Positions 1 through 12,795 are shown, counted from the first letter of the stretch. The stretch is 64,000 bases of DNA from Paragordius varius (GCA_964247055.1 OZ176054.1:5890001-5954000), one strand, 5' to 3'. Notes: generated by a model from the sequence alone, not told the origin. Program-made: numbers and translations.

Positions 1-70
1 AGTTTGTTTTTATATCTCCTTTCTTTTAATTAAATATTTGTAGTAATAATACAATAAGAAAACATACAAG

Positions 71-3000
71 TTGCTATTCAATTGGGAACGGATCGAATTA
101 TTTTAATGATGATCGGCATAAATTATACTCTGAGGTTCAAAGAGGTGGTATTATTCCCTTTTACGGATTCCAGAAATATGATAAAGGTTATCATTTATAT
201 TTGGAAATTAAAATATAACCTATAATTAACATAAAATTATTTCTGTTTAATGTAACTAACATAACATTTTAACATTCTGCATGAATTTTCGTTTACTTAA
301 ATTTAATTACTAATTATTATTAAGGATTGATTGGTAATCATTTTTTTCTTGTTTTTTGTTGTTCAAAGAACCCCGAATCTTTAAATCAGTGGCGAACAAG
401 TTTTCTAGCAAAAATATCTCAAATAACATTAATAACAACAACCATCTTACTACTATAACTCCAGAAAAACATATTGTAAAATCTGCACTTTCACCTTCGC
501 AAAATGATTTATCAATGTTAGAATCATCAATATCTTCTACTAATAATGACATAACAAACAAGGCATTTGAAAAGAATGCTAAAATATGCGATTCCAAATC
601 CTTGCAAGGTGAGTCCAAAAATATTGTGGGACAAACGAATTGTGAAACTTATTATGATTTTCTGTCTTTGAAACCATTTGCAAAATATGCTGATAATCGT
701 ATAGATAAAAATGAACATTTATTGATGTTGAAACCATCATACGTAGCCGAAGTAACGCGGCAAAAGAAATTGACTAAGGGAAAACAAAATGAATTCCCAC
801 TTTCTGATTCCAGTCTAGAAACTAATAATAAATCACCCCTAACGATGATTATGAAAAAAGATTTTAGAACGGCCCTTACTAATGATTCGTATGATGCATG
901 TAGCATGCTATCTAATAAACTAACTTTAAGTCCTCACATGCATCTAAAAAGTAGTAGACCCTTATGGTCTGTTCACAATTGTAATTTGAGTGAGCCATAC
1001 ACCAAACAACTTAATTCGTGTTCAGCTGGTTCCTCACCAGCCAAACGCATGTCGGCACATAACGCCAAAAGTAGTTGTTTTTTATCATTTGCATCTTAAA
1101 AATTACATATAAATACAATTCGGGGTATTTTGACTCCAGGCCAACCATTAAAATTTATTTGACATGGGCATGGGCCTGGACTTACAAACATAATTTATTA
1201 TGCAAAAATATTTTTTAAACCAATTTTTTTACAAACGCTTCATATTAAAGTTATTACGCCATTTTTTTCACAGTATAAGATTAAATATTGAGATATAATT
1301 ACAGCTGGTTATAACCTAAAAAATTATGAAATAAATAATTGCACTATTTGACACTAAGAAAAGATTGAAGAATATAAATTATTTTCGACACGTGAATAGT
1401 ATAAAAATATGGAAATTTATTTAAAACGTATCATAGAATAAATAAAATTCGCGAACGGTTTCGGACATTTTAAAGGAAACCAAGTAGTTATAATGAACTT
1501 GTTAGACTATAATCAAAAAATGCAACATATTTTAGAAGATACATCCAAATATAAAAAGATCACACGATGCCCTTTTAACACATTACACATAAATGTTAAA
1601 AAAATGATAAAATCATCTCCCATTCCCTCACATTTACACAATTCGTTAATTCCTCAATGCCCTATTAATCCCAGTATGTATGGTGTCCCAAAAACGCATA
1701 AAACGGATGTTCCACTGCGTCCAATTGTATCCACCAAAAATTCATCTTTATATGGTTTGGCACAGCATTTATCAGAATATTTGCAACCCTTCTTAAAAGA
1801 CAAATTAAAAAATTCGTTTGAATTTATTGATAAAATAAGGGATATACAAGTAGCTGAAACCGATTTATTAATAAGTTTAGATGTGGAAAGCCTCTTTACC
1901 AGTGTACCCCTCAAGGAGTTAACCCATCTTCTTAAAGATCTAAAGGTGGATGCGAAATATATTTCCCTGATTGAATTTTGTATAAATAATAATTTTTTTG
2001 AATTCAATGATAATTTTTACTTGCAGAAAGACGGGTTACCGATGGGTTCCCCAATTTCCCCCATTCTAGCTGATCTTTTTATGGAAACATTTGAAAATCA
2101 ATTTATATTAAATTATTTTTTAAAACCAAAATTTTATACCCGATATGTGGACGATATGTTTATCATTTGGCCACATACAAGAACTGATCTCTCCTTATTT
2201 TTAGATTATATAAATTCGAATCCTTTTAACATACGGTTAACCGTCGAATTTGAGGCTAACCGATCACTACCATTTTTAGATGTTTTAATTACTCGAAATG
2301 ACACAACATTGTCATACAGTTTTTATCAAAAACCCACTCATTCCAATACCTATTTACATAAAAGTTCTTACCACAACTCGTTACAAAAAAAGAATGTTTT
2401 GAAAAATCAAATCTTTCGCCGGCTTAAACTGACAGATAATGCAAATAAGAATATTATAACAGAGCGCTTTGTGGAAACCTTTTTAAAAAATGGATATTCT
2501 GCAAACGATATCCATCGAGCAATTTTATCACTAAATAATACCCAAGAAAACACAAAAAATTATAAGTTTTTTATTTCATTACCATATATACAGAACATCA
2601 CCGATCGCATAGCTCACACTTTAAAGCAATTTGACATTGGTGTGGGGTTTAAACCAGGTCTTAAATTAAAAACTTTTTTATCAAATAATAATAAATCCAA
2701 ATTAAATTATCCAGGGGTGTATAAAGTTCCATGCGAGTGTGGCAAGGTATATATCGGCCAAACCGCAAGGAAAGTCAAAACACGCCTGAATGAACACAAG
2801 TATAACATAAAGAATGGAGATTTTAAGAGTTGTATTGCGGAACATTGTTGGAAGGAAAATCATAATGTTTCCTTTGACAATGTCAGTTGCATTACAATTT
2901 TCAATAATAATCAAAGGCTTACGCGGGAATCATTAGAGATTCTCAAAGGAAACAACTTTAACCGAGAGGAGGGACAAAAGATGAGTGATATATGGAAAGT

Positions 3001-4015
3001 CATTCTTGATGATTGATTCCATATGGACTCTTTTGTTTTCCACTCAAAGTTGTTGTCCATTATTTATTCTTTGTGTCTTTTTTTTAGTATATGGTTAAAA
3101 ATTTAATTAATTGTTTGTTGACATGGTTTAAACCACTCTCAATGACAAATGGTTTTAATTTATCATTTGTTAAGAAAAAGAAACAACAATAAACGTTTTT
3201 AAAAATTGTATATAAAGCACCATTTTATCCATACTAATTTTTATATATTTTTTTACGCTGAGGACGGACACACGTTAAAATGTCTGAAACCGTTCGCGAA
3301 TTTTATTTATTCAATGATACGTTTTAAATAAATTTCCATATTTTTACACTAGGAAAAGATGCTTGTTAAAGATGTATGTTTATTGATGATGTTTTCATAC
3401 ATAAATTTTTAAATATGATTTAAGATAGTCAACTGCCCCAATTTAAAAAAAAATATTTTTTTATTTGAAATAGTTGATTGATACTAATCTTTGTTAGCAA
3501 TAGATCAGCATGTTGATATCCATATTTAATAAGGTTAGATAAACATCATTTGTTTATTGTAAAATATAATCATGTAAAAAGATATCTTATATGATATTTT
3601 TAGATGAAAACACTTTAAAGAGGAGTAATACGAATGAATTTCCTAAATCTATGCTTCTCAACAAACATACATCATCTTCAAACATAAATGGGAAACATTC
3701 TTCAGTATTTCTACCTTATAATTATTAAATATAATTGTGATCATTGGCGAAATTAATGACCTCAAAGCAGCGTTTGATACCAAATTTTCTATCATTATAA
3801 TTTTCAAGAATATGATTTTTTTTAAAAAAAAATTTTTGGTGGGGAGGGGGGTGGCTTTATTGAGAATGGACCGATTAAAATTCTGGTACTTATATAGCTT
3901 ATTAATTGATGATAATACTTATTTTTCTATTGTATTACAGAGCCAACAGCGATTACATCCGCCATCCATTAGTTGTATGGAGAGACCAAAATATAGGTAT
4001 AGGTTCACTAATAAT

Positions 4016-4051
<36 letters not shown>

Positions 4052-5793
4052 CCGATTTCCATTGAAACATATACAATAATTATAGAGTTTAGGTTATTTC
4101 ACAGACGTTTTAAGTTTGTAGTAATAAATTTGACTAAAATGCGGCGATAAATTTATCTATTTAACTATGCCCAATATTTCATTCCTTTTAAATATTCAGA
4201 GCTTATTCCGGTCGCAGAAATAATAACCATCAGCATGCCAAAAATAAACAACATATGAACCTAGTTTATACAGACGTTGAAGATAATGATTATTTCTATG
4301 AGGAATTGGAATCTATCATAGGAAGCACTTCTTCGCAACAATTAGTAAATGGGTATGGTATATCCCGATCTACATCCCAAATGGATAATACATGTAATCG
4401 AGGTCGGGATCAATGTGAACGACGATTTAACAGGAATTTTGATTATCCTAACTATGATATAAAACCTAAACTGTACAATCCGCAAGGCATTAACCTATGG
4501 GACACATTAGATAAAAATTCCATGAAAAGTATAACGGCCAAAGCTAAAGCCCTTTTTGATTTTAAGGGACAACGATCTGGGTAATATTTTTTAGTTAAAA
4601 TCCATAAACATTGGATAAAAATGAAATAATATATATATATTATTTACCCCTCAAATTCACCCTTGAACAATTCAAATTCACTCTACAGTCTACAATTCAT
4701 ATCAACCCTAAAATATTATGTGTTGTCAATATCAAAAATTACCTATATTATATTTATATATTAGTTTTGTGTAAAATTAACATAATATAGAAAAATATAA
4801 ACTACGCCATAAAGAATTATTTCATATCAATAATGAATCCAAAAACACATAATATATCATTCGGGGAATTTAAATTGTTCAAGGGTAAATTAGTGGTTAG
4901 ATAATTATATGAATATGAGTCATTATAATATATTTTTTGCAATTAAAACACCACTTGAAAAGTGATTAAATTTTATATAATATGGTATGGGTGATAGCGA
5001 AATGTCCTTTAACCAAGGAGACATACTTGAGCTAAAGCGATGTGTAGATCAGAATTGGTACGAAGCCAAACTTAATAACATAATAGGATTGATCCCAGCC
5101 AACTTTATACGAGTAAATTACCCCAATATAAATGGAATAACTTTAAATAAATTTTGTTTGCTATAACATACAAATGCTTTTCTAGTAAATTTTGAGTTAA
5201 ATATATATTTTTTTATATGTTAGCTAAACATTACTATATTTTTCGATCGTTTGTAAATAGATATTGGTATCGATAGAAGAAGCTGCATTGTATAACGCAG
5301 ACAAGAATGACGGAGTCGCAATTTGCAAATATAATCACACTCCTAATCATCCTGAAGAAATTTCAGCAAAAAAAGTATAAGATATAACTTATTTAAATAA
5401 CACTTTTATCCAAATGTTTAAAAACATAAAAAACTTTCTTGAGCTTTAATTAAATTTAAGTTTGCCTTATTTGATTGTAGGGTGAAGTGATTTATCTTAA
5501 AAGCAAGTTAAATGACGAATGGTACGTGGGACATTCGCAAAACGAATTCGGTAAAATTACCGCGTCATATCTCAAAATATTGCGGCAGCCGAAAGATATT
5601 TATAAACCTAGTTATACAAAGGGTATGTTAGTAATGGAATACGTAGAAATATTCTGCTGTCGTTGTCTGATTTATATTATACCTTTTGGTATATTTTATA
5701 TGTTTAATGAAAAAATTAATATATTAACCGTAAGACAAGGTAAAATGGTTCCGATTTTAAATGAATGGAAACTACATCCACATGCTATATATA

Positions 5794-5848
<55 letters not shown>

Positions 5849-8620
5849 GGTTTTTTTTCGATTGTTCGCGTTTATAATCGGGGCTAACCTATAAAATCTA
5901 TAGCTTCGGGACAAATAATAAGTTAAAAAAATATAACATTTTCATTTCAAATCGGTCATTTAACACTTCGAATCGGATTTTAAACATTTGCAACTCTACC
6001 CTAATTTATATAATTATTTATCTTTTAGTCAAATATCCTTTTCTTTCATCTAAAAAATATTTTTTAAGATATTCTTTTCCGGCAGTATTTTTATCGACAA
6101 ACTTTACTAATTAGCCCCGAATATTGATGCGCATTATCGATAAAATAAAAAAATATTGAATTTCCTAAAAATACTCAAATTCCATAAAATATAACTTTGA
6201 AGAAATTGGAAAAATTATATTAAATAATTGCGTTTAATAAAAAATAATATATTAATATTAGGCTGATAATGGTTAAAAGTTATTTTTATATCTTGTTTTG
6301 ATATTTATCATCAAAAATAAACCTCTTTTATTGATTGGGAAAATGTTTCGATTGACTGGGAAAACGTTTTTTTGACTGGGTAATGGTATATATTAATTAA
6401 TGTTAGATCTAATAATTTTAACATCTAAATAATATTTCTACATTTAATTTAAAATAGATACTACAAAAACAAATAATTACGAAACACAAAACAACAAAAA
6501 TGATTTTTTATCTTTTCCCAAGACGGAAGATAAATTATTGCGGTATGTTTAAATAATTTTTTGCTGAGGAAACACATCTTTTTTTTAAATTGGTATATAA
6601 AGCAAACCGTGCACGGTAACCAATAAAAGTGATAAATTTAGATCCAAATATATATTTTTTGAAAAATACTCACATCGCTAAAATAAAGTGATTTTCTTCA
6701 TAACGAAATTTTTTAAATTAGAATTTGTGGGCCGTTTCTTGGATTTTACGAAAAAGGGGGATCTAAAAATGATTTAGACATTGTTAATGACATGCTTGCA
6801 AGAACCCACAGAATTTGTGGATTCTGAGATCGATTTAAAATGTGCTCATGTGAAAATAACACGTTTAATTAAAGCATTTGTTGAAGGGCTGATGACATAT
6901 TGCATTTGCACGCTCCAGGGTGTCACGTCTTTTGACCATATACTTTATCGGTATCTATCATGCGCGCGAATCCGTACGTCCGACTTCAAATTTCTAACCT
7001 ATGCAATGTGTTTATTTACCATTTCTTAATAATCCACTTCCACTCAATAACTATCGAAATCAAATTAAAACCATCTATTGGATCCACCATTTCAGATTGT
7101 AGTGGTATATGTATTGAAATACAATTGATAATTGGGAATTTCAATTTCAATGTCGGATCTGTTTAATTGGCACGCCATATAATATTTAACATAACTTTTA
7201 ATCCTTATCCACTTACATTATGTTCGATCCCCGTTGTCCGATGTTAAAAAAATATAGTTTCACTACGCCAAGTTCTGGAGATGACGATTACCCCAAAACA
7301 GCAACCCTTACAATTTTAGAGCTTCATTTGATATGCTATCGGATCTGAATGTAAGCTGACCAATCGTTATGGTGCAGAGGCACATTCTAAAAACAATCTT
7401 GCTAAATAAGTATTGTTTCTATAATAGAACGTTATCAGTTTTTTATTCGTTAATAAAAGGCAGGATAAACAATCCAACCCATAAAAAATGTATTGTATAT
7501 TAAAATTGTGATCGGCTGTTTTCAATATTCATCTCAGTAATCTGCTATTGTTTATAGTATTCAGTTAAAATGCCAATCATATGGCTAGTCGACAGTTACT
7601 AGCACCCAATTTCTGCTATAAAACGCAAAAAAAATTGCCCTGACTTCTTTTTTAATTAAGAAGTTGATCTGCTTAGTATATTTTCGAGAGACACCGAAGC
7701 TGCCTTACGTTATTAATTATTTGTCAATGTGATAAAACGACTCCAATCCTTTCATTTAATGCCCCCGTTTCTAAAATATATTGAAGGTGCATGTTAATAG
7801 GTAATTCAACTTCTCGAATTATTCACTAACAATTCCTTTTCATCAAAACTTTGAACTTATCGAATTACTCACTAACAATTCCTTTTTATCAAAACTTTGT
7901 TGTCTTTTGTTAATCAATGCCATTTTTGATCCTTGTCTGTTGTGATGTAAAATTGTGGGCATTAAGCGTGGAATAAACCGAGTGTAAAAGTTTAACATTA
8001 TCCGAACGGATATAATTTTGATTAATGGTCAGGCTTTTAGAAATTAATTTTTTTTGGCTTGATACCTTCCGTTAAAAACATTACTAAGTAAACGAGCAAA
8101 TAAAACGTCTAACATATGTGATTTCCATAAATCTTGACATAATATTATTCGTTAAACCCAAATCAAAATCACCATGAGGATCCTGATACAATTTCTATCA
8201 GAATATATATGTGTTTCGATATAATTTCATTTTGTTAGTTGGTATAGTATATAAACCAAATAATTTGGCTTAAACATATGCTCTATCCAAAAAATGTCAT
8301 TCGGTGATATCTTATATTAATCAATTATAAAAATTTTACCATAACTATCCTAAAATCAAAATTACCTCCATAAATTCATATTAAATATGTTTATAAAAAA
8401 TGCTCATGAAATTTTATCCATTTTAAAGATATATTCGTGTTTTAGATACAGAGTTCTGTATTCCTACGTTCCGCAACATTCTGACGAATTAACGTTGCAA
8501 GAAGGGGATATTGTGTATGTTAGTAAAAAATGCGAAGACGGTTGGTACATTGGTTATAATGAAAAAACTCACATATACGGAACTTTCCCCGGAAACTATG
8601 TCGAAATTTATCCAGAATAA
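71..8620 (+). CDS. SORBS: CAP/SORBS (ponsin/ArgBP2/vinexin family) adaptor with three C-terminal SH3 domains; 5' end lies upstream of the window
   Basis: Phase-consistent GT-AG exon chain: 71-186, 369-(608 or ~1070), 3604-3704, 3941-3996, 4200-4580, 4998-5112, 5261-5374, 5481-5622, 6458-6542, 8446-8620. SH3-1 AKALFDFKGQRSGEMSFNQGDILELKRCVDQNWYEAKLNNIIGLIPANFIR; SH3-2 GVAICKYNHTPNHPEEISAKKGEVIYLKSKLNDEWYVG; SH3-3 YRVLYSYVPQHSDELTLQEGDIVYVSKKCEDGWYIG..GTFPGNYVE* closely resembles the SORBS C-terminal SH3. The first exon has YSEVQRGGIIPFYGFQK, resembling an invertebrate CAP motif (from memory). Confidence 0.85.
1493..3016 (+). CDS. Penelope-like reverse transcriptase plus GIY-YIG endonuclease (N-truncated, uninterrupted 507 aa)
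   Basis: YGVPKTHK..PLRPIVS, SLDVESLFTSVP, QKDGLPMGSPISPILADLFM, RYVDDMF, LPFLDV, YQKPTHS; C-terminal GVYKVPCECGKVYIGQT..RLNEH..CIAEHC..H..R..RESLEI..FNREEG. Confidence 0.95.
   Translation: MNLLDYNQKMQHILEDTSKYKKITRCPFNTLHINVKKMIKSSPIPSHLHNSLIPQCPINPSMYGVPKTHKTDVPLRPIVSTKNSSLYGLAQHLSEYLQPFLKDKLKNSFEFIDKIRDIQVAETDLLISLDVESLFTSVPLKELTHLLKDLKVDAKYISLIEFCINNNFFEFNDNFYLQKDGLPMGSPISPILADLFMETFENQFILNYFLKPKFYTRYVDDMFIIWPHTRTDLSLFLDYINSNPFNIRLTVEFEANRSLPFLDVLITRNDTTLSYSFYQKPTHSNTYLHKSSYHNSLQKKNVLKNQIFRRLKLTDNANKNIITERFVETFLKNGYSANDIHRAILSLNNTQENTKNYKFFISLPYIQNITDRIAHTLKQFDIGVGFKPGLKLKTFLSNNNKSKLNYPGVYKVPCECGKVYIGQTARKVKTRLNEHKYNIKNGDFKSCIAEHCWKENHNVSFDNVSCITIFNNNQRLTRESLEILKGNNFNREEGQKMSDIWKVILDD
3252..3296 (+). 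ncRNA. Minimal type I hammerhead ribozyme of the Penelope-like element
   Basis: CTGAGGA-C-GGACA(loop)TGTCT-GAAA-C-C-GT-T: conserved core, extra base after A9, 5-bp stem II (perfect TGTCC in the inverted copy), near-palindromic stem III AAC-C-GTT, weak stem I. Folded by eye. Confidence 0.7.
4641..4898. mobile_element. MITE-like element (TIR containing CCCTTGAACAATTCAAATT), copy 1
   Basis: Inverted repeat attcacccttgaacaattcaaattc / gaatttaaattgttcaagggtaaat; internal sequence similar to 16001-16287. Confidence 0.6.
5787..5843. repeat. (TA)n microsatellite; others near 4017, 11429, 12611, 29455, 31740, 36820, 47608
   Basis: Direct reading. Confidence 0.9.
6240..6390 (+). repeat. Solo arm of the foldback-like element with 21-bp repeats
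   Basis: Matches 63680-63970, with about 3 ATTGACTGGGAAAACGTTTCG-type units. Confidence 0.8.
6900..8150 (+). mobile_element. Possible highly decayed non-LTR retrotransposon (CR1/L2-like) in a SORBS intron
   Basis: Only motif ghosts: IIGNFNFN (cf. IxGDFN of APE endonuclease), QAFR (cf. QxGFR), DFHKS*HNII (cf. DFSKAFD..H.IL); higher GC than flanks. Confidence 0.3.
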
Positions 8621-9044
8621 TTTAGCTAACACTAAACTCTTGAATAAATGGAATAAAACAATGAAGAAAAACAAAATAATATTTTTACCATAAAAAATAT
8701 TTGCCATAATATGTGAATCGTTATGCTACATAAGTGCACATTTATATAATTTTATTATAATTAAAACAATAAATATAGAGATAATCGATTTGCAATTTTA
8801 AAATATCAATAAACTATTCTATCTTTGAACTATGTTTTGTAATGAAGGATCATAAAACCTTATCAGTACAGCAATAAATTGTTTTATAAATGAATTAGGG
8901 TTAATATATTTTGTAATATATATTATATCATTTGTCATCTAACGATAATCAATAAATCTAAAAAAGAAACAATAAATTCTGTTTAGATAAATGGAGTTTT
9001 ATTAAAAACTGGAGAATGTATAAAAAATGTAATATAAATTAACG

Positions 9045-9737
9045 CTATGTTTTTATATTTATTCGCAACAAAAGTATTAAAATGATCACAAGAGTTAAAA
9101 ATAAAAATACTCTATTTGTAGTTTGAACAATATAAAAATCGTCCAAATTTCCCGTTGGAATTCTAGAAGAAATGTACGTTGATGACTTTTTGGGAAAACA
9201 AACATTTCTTTTATTTAAATTATGTAGGACAATAGATTGCATATTTTTATTTCCGTTTGCTATTACACTTACAGATTTGAGACATATAACAGGAAAAATA
9301 GGGGAAAATTCACCTATTTGCGCCCTGTAATACTTAAAATGAAACGGTATATGTATGCCAAACTTTGGGTCAGAGTGAAAAGTAGCCACCTTTAAATAAA
9401 TGTGATTATAGTGTGATACGTTATGAAAGACCATTTTTTCGGTATCAACCAAGTATGGTAATGGATTGTAAGACACATCATTTAGCACTTTTTGGTTGGT
9501 ATTTTCGATCTCTGAGGCATAGTAATAGGTGTGATTCGAAAGAGCAATGTTGATCAAATAGAATGAATGATTATATCTTATAAATGGAAATGTTTCATAA
9601 TAATAACATTTGAGCGAATCAAATATTATGGTTAATTTACGGTGATATCCAGTTCCACTTAGCTGATATACTAAATGAGTAGATAAACCCAAATGCAAAA
9701 GTATGATATGTATTAGTAAAAATAAGAATGTAGGCAT
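9045..9737 (-). CDS. PIGX: PIG-X/PBN1-like subunit of GPI mannosyltransferase I, intronless
   Basis: Hydrophobic N-terminus from MPTFLFLLIHIILLHLG; IPFHFKYYRA (cf. PIG-X P.HLRY); C-terminal IPTGNLDD followed by a TM helix and short tail. ORF track starts at 9818; the ATG at 9737 is preferred. Confidence 0.7.
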   Translation of the reverse strand: MPTFLFLLIHIILLHLGLSTHLVYQLSGTGYHRKLTIIFDSLKCYYYETFPFIRYNHSFYLINIALSNHTYYYASEIENTNQKVLNDVSYNPLPYLVDTEKMVFHNVSHYNHIYLKVATFHSDPKFGIHIPFHFKYYRAQIGEFSPIFPVICLKSVSVIANGNKNMQSIVLHNLNKRNVCFPKKSSTYISSRIPTGNLDDFYIVQTTNRVFLFLTLVIILILLLRINIKT

Positions 9738-10409
9738 GTTAATTCCAATTTTGTTTAAATTAAGAAGGGGGTGTACTATATTGATTGGATGGAATATTAG
9801 GAAAGGATGATTGATCAAACGATTGTTGAGAAGAATTCATAAAAGGTGAGGCGGGTTCTAAAAATTACAAGATTACAATGACATAATATTTAAAGATAAT
9901 ATTGTTGCGTTTCTTAAGCTGTTAATATAAATCATTGGTTTAAAAATGTGGCTTTCCATAATAACAATTAATTTTTAAAATATTTTTTGTGAAAACGGAA
10001 CTAGCAATCGAATGATGTTTAATACAAAAAATATAATAGATAGTTTAAATAGGTAGGTTGCAACTAGATAAATATATTTATAATAATATTCAGTTATCCC
10101 GTAAATAATAATTCACTATAGATTATTAAAAATATGCTTTCTATGGCCTATTAAGCGCATTATTAAAACTATCTATATTTTATCTGAAAAATTTCTCATC
10201 TTATTTTGGATTTTTTGTCAACATGCTATAAAACTGGTGCATTACAACATTTATATCATTGTTAATTTGTAAACCACATTTAATCAACCGGCCATTTGAC
10301 AGCAAAACCAATGCTAATCACCATAAAAAAATCAAGAATTTCTCCCCCAAAAAATTTACAAAAACCACCAACCGACTTTAAATCTCGACATCAAAATTAG
10401 TGCCTACAT

Positions 10410-11143
10410 TTATAACAGCTGCCTGTATAAAATATAAACTGTCAAGGTAAAACCCAATTTTATTGGCGGGTGCCCAGGTTGTCTGTATGGGTTAAATTGA
10501 TAATCGGTGTTTATTGGTGATTTCAATCGTGGTCCTACCGGAGAAAGATGTTTTGGAATTTTAGCTGGAAAGTTCTGTGGTTTATTAGGATGCGAATATG
10601 GACTCGTTGAAGCAAATTTATTTGGGGAAATACTAGGTGGTCGAGAGGGTTGATGTTGATTTACCGATGGGTAATTGTATAATGACAATGAATTAGAATT
10701 TTTGGACAACAAATTACTTAAAGTTAAATTGTTATCGGATGTATTAATATCGTCTAAATGTAAGTAAAAATACTGGTTTTAAAACTATCAAGTATACGCT
10801 TCCAATTCTTTAAATTTTCTTTGTGTTTAAATATAACTTCATTTTTCTTTATAATTTCATTTTTAATGTATTCGGTATCCTAAATTATTAGCAAATAAAA
10901 TACTTGGTGGTCTATAGTTTGTAAACGGTGACAAATTAAAAATGCTTCCAAACGTTTAGCATCATCAATCAAATTTTCAAGAGTGTGTTCAATATCTAAA
11001 ATAATGTTAACTGCTACCATTTTCAGTAAGTGTCTCGGCATCAATAAACAATTGTATACAAGTCTAAATAATTTATTATACGGTACTTTAAATGAATTTT
11101 CGAATTTTTCTAACAAATTTATATAAGAATCATTGCTGCCCAT
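10410..11143 (-). CDS. Unidentified spliced gene: helical N-terminus, P/S/N-rich C-terminus
   Basis: ATG 11143 (in-frame stop upstream); 24-nt intron 10880-10903; exon DTEYIKNEIIKKNEVIFKHKENLKNWKRILD; phase-1 intron of 32 or 20 nt; then joins ORF 10410-10712 in frame. The 3' end is uncertain. Confidence 0.6.
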
Positions 11144-11614
11144 TTCAAATTATTTCAACATATTTATAAGTGAAGCTAACAAATTTCTGTCGGTGCATAT
11201 TATTTGTTGCAGATTTATGTTCCATTTATCGAGAATAAATAAAATATTGGGACAAAATTAAATATATTTATAATATTTATAAATTACCATATTTTTTGAC
11301 TCCCAATTCCAGATTTTATTTGTTTAAATATCCTCCTATGTTCATAGCCAAAACCATGAATGCGTGATATTGTATCTATGCAATTAACACTACATTATTT
11401 TATGGGGTAGTTTTATATAGCGATTTAAATATATATATATATATATATATATATTAATAAGTATATAAGTAGTAAGCCGAATTTAAATATATGATTTCTT
11501 AAACCTTTTAGGAGCATTATACACAAAAATTTAATCCCCATCTCAAACTTTTTTGCCGCCATTTTTATTTAATTTTTTTTAAATTATTAAAACAGGCAAA
11601 TAAATTTCTATTAA

Positions 11615-12191
11615 CACTTGGATACAACACACTTATTTTAGTCCTTCGATTCAAATTGAGGTAGTTGGATACCTCAGGCCTGTTTAAAATCAAATACTTT
11701 AAAAAGTATGGAAGGAATCGAAACCATGGCAAAATTTTACACTTATATAACGTTAATGAACCGAAGTATACAAAAGATTTTATTCAAAAATACGTGATAT
11801 TACTTATTTTAAGCTAAAACCAAAAGTAAAAATTTCGTCAACGTGACATGTGTCAAATTGAAAAATTGAAAAATTTAACAAACTACACCGCTTTTTCTAT
11901 TTGTATCAATGTTAGATATAATTTATATAAAAAATTAGCTTTAGTTTTACCCTTAAAATATAAAGACGATATTTTGCAAAAATTTTGTAAAATAAAAATG
12001 GCGTCGAAGTAGTTTGAGATGGAGTTTTTTTTCAAAACAAAATTTTATCAAGATATTTTGGCATCTTTATATAATAGTTATCAGGATAGAAGCATAAATT
12101 TAAATTGGGACCGTTTCCTTCAGTAGTTTTTTAAAAATATTAATTTAAATTTAGCCTGGGGTATTTAGATACCCCAATTTGAATCGAAGTG
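11615..12191. mobile_element. TTAA-flanked (piggyBac-like) MITE, copy 1
   Basis: TTAA|CACTT...AAGTG|TTAA; imperfect TIR CACTT..CGATTCAAATTGGGGTA; homologous to 25404-26499 and 54756-55316. Confidence 0.8.
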
Positions 12192-12795
12192 TTAAGGTAG
12201 GAAAATGGTTAACTTAAAAGGTTTCTGGCTACAATTTACCAGCTAAAACTTATATATTCTGATTTTAATATTCGATGTTCGTTTCAATCGTGTTTTAGAG
12301 CTGTCCCAATTTTAAACTCGAAAAGTAACAAATAAAAAATATATATAGCTTATTTTAAATGAAAGAGAATATTGGGACTTTCAGAGCCCATATCATTAAA
12401 TTAATTTTTTTATATTTTGCTTTTTATATGTAGTTTTAATATATTTTAGTGATATTTTTTGGAATGAAGCATTTAGTTTTCGCCAAAAAAAATTAATTAA
12501 CGTGCGCCAATTTTGCCATTTTCTGATATGGTGCAGTTACAAGTAATAATAACCTTATTTATATGGGCCGAAATCAAAAGCATCATATCCTGATATATTT
12601 TCCTATCAGAATATATATATATATATATATATATTTAAATAGTATATTTTTATAACCGCCGATTTGGAACGCAGTTTATATAAACACATTTTCTGCCCAA
12701 TTTGATAGCGAAGATATAGCACCTGATATTAAAATTATTAATGATTCGAAATCTTATATTTTATAAATTGAGTGGGTGACGACGATGGGTTGTTA

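Larger units (their letters stand above)
1397..3351 (+). mobile_element. Penelope-like retroelement, 5'-truncated, with an inverted copy of its 3' end at the 5' side; inside a SORBS intron
   Basis: RT + GIY-YIG ORF; 1397-1473 is the reverse complement of 3275-3351 (4 differences in ~77 nt); reading frame starts abruptly at KGNQVVIMN (cf. the PLE ..DKGN..VVM motif); hammerhead core at the 3' end. Confidence 0.93.

Noticed and set aside
310-906. Minus-strand ORFs over the SORBS exon, and similar antisense ORFs at 1654, 8489, 17739, 27918, 31815, 40177, 54100
   Set aside because: Shadows of real coding exons on the opposite strand or frame.
5487-5914. ORFs ending in YIYIYI runs (also 31593, 36820)
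   Set aside because: Read-through into (TA)n microsatellites; only 5481-5622 is exon.
10950-11143. Cullin-repeat resemblance of YNKLFRLVYNCLLMPRH
   Set aside because: Too short and weak to assign without a profile search.
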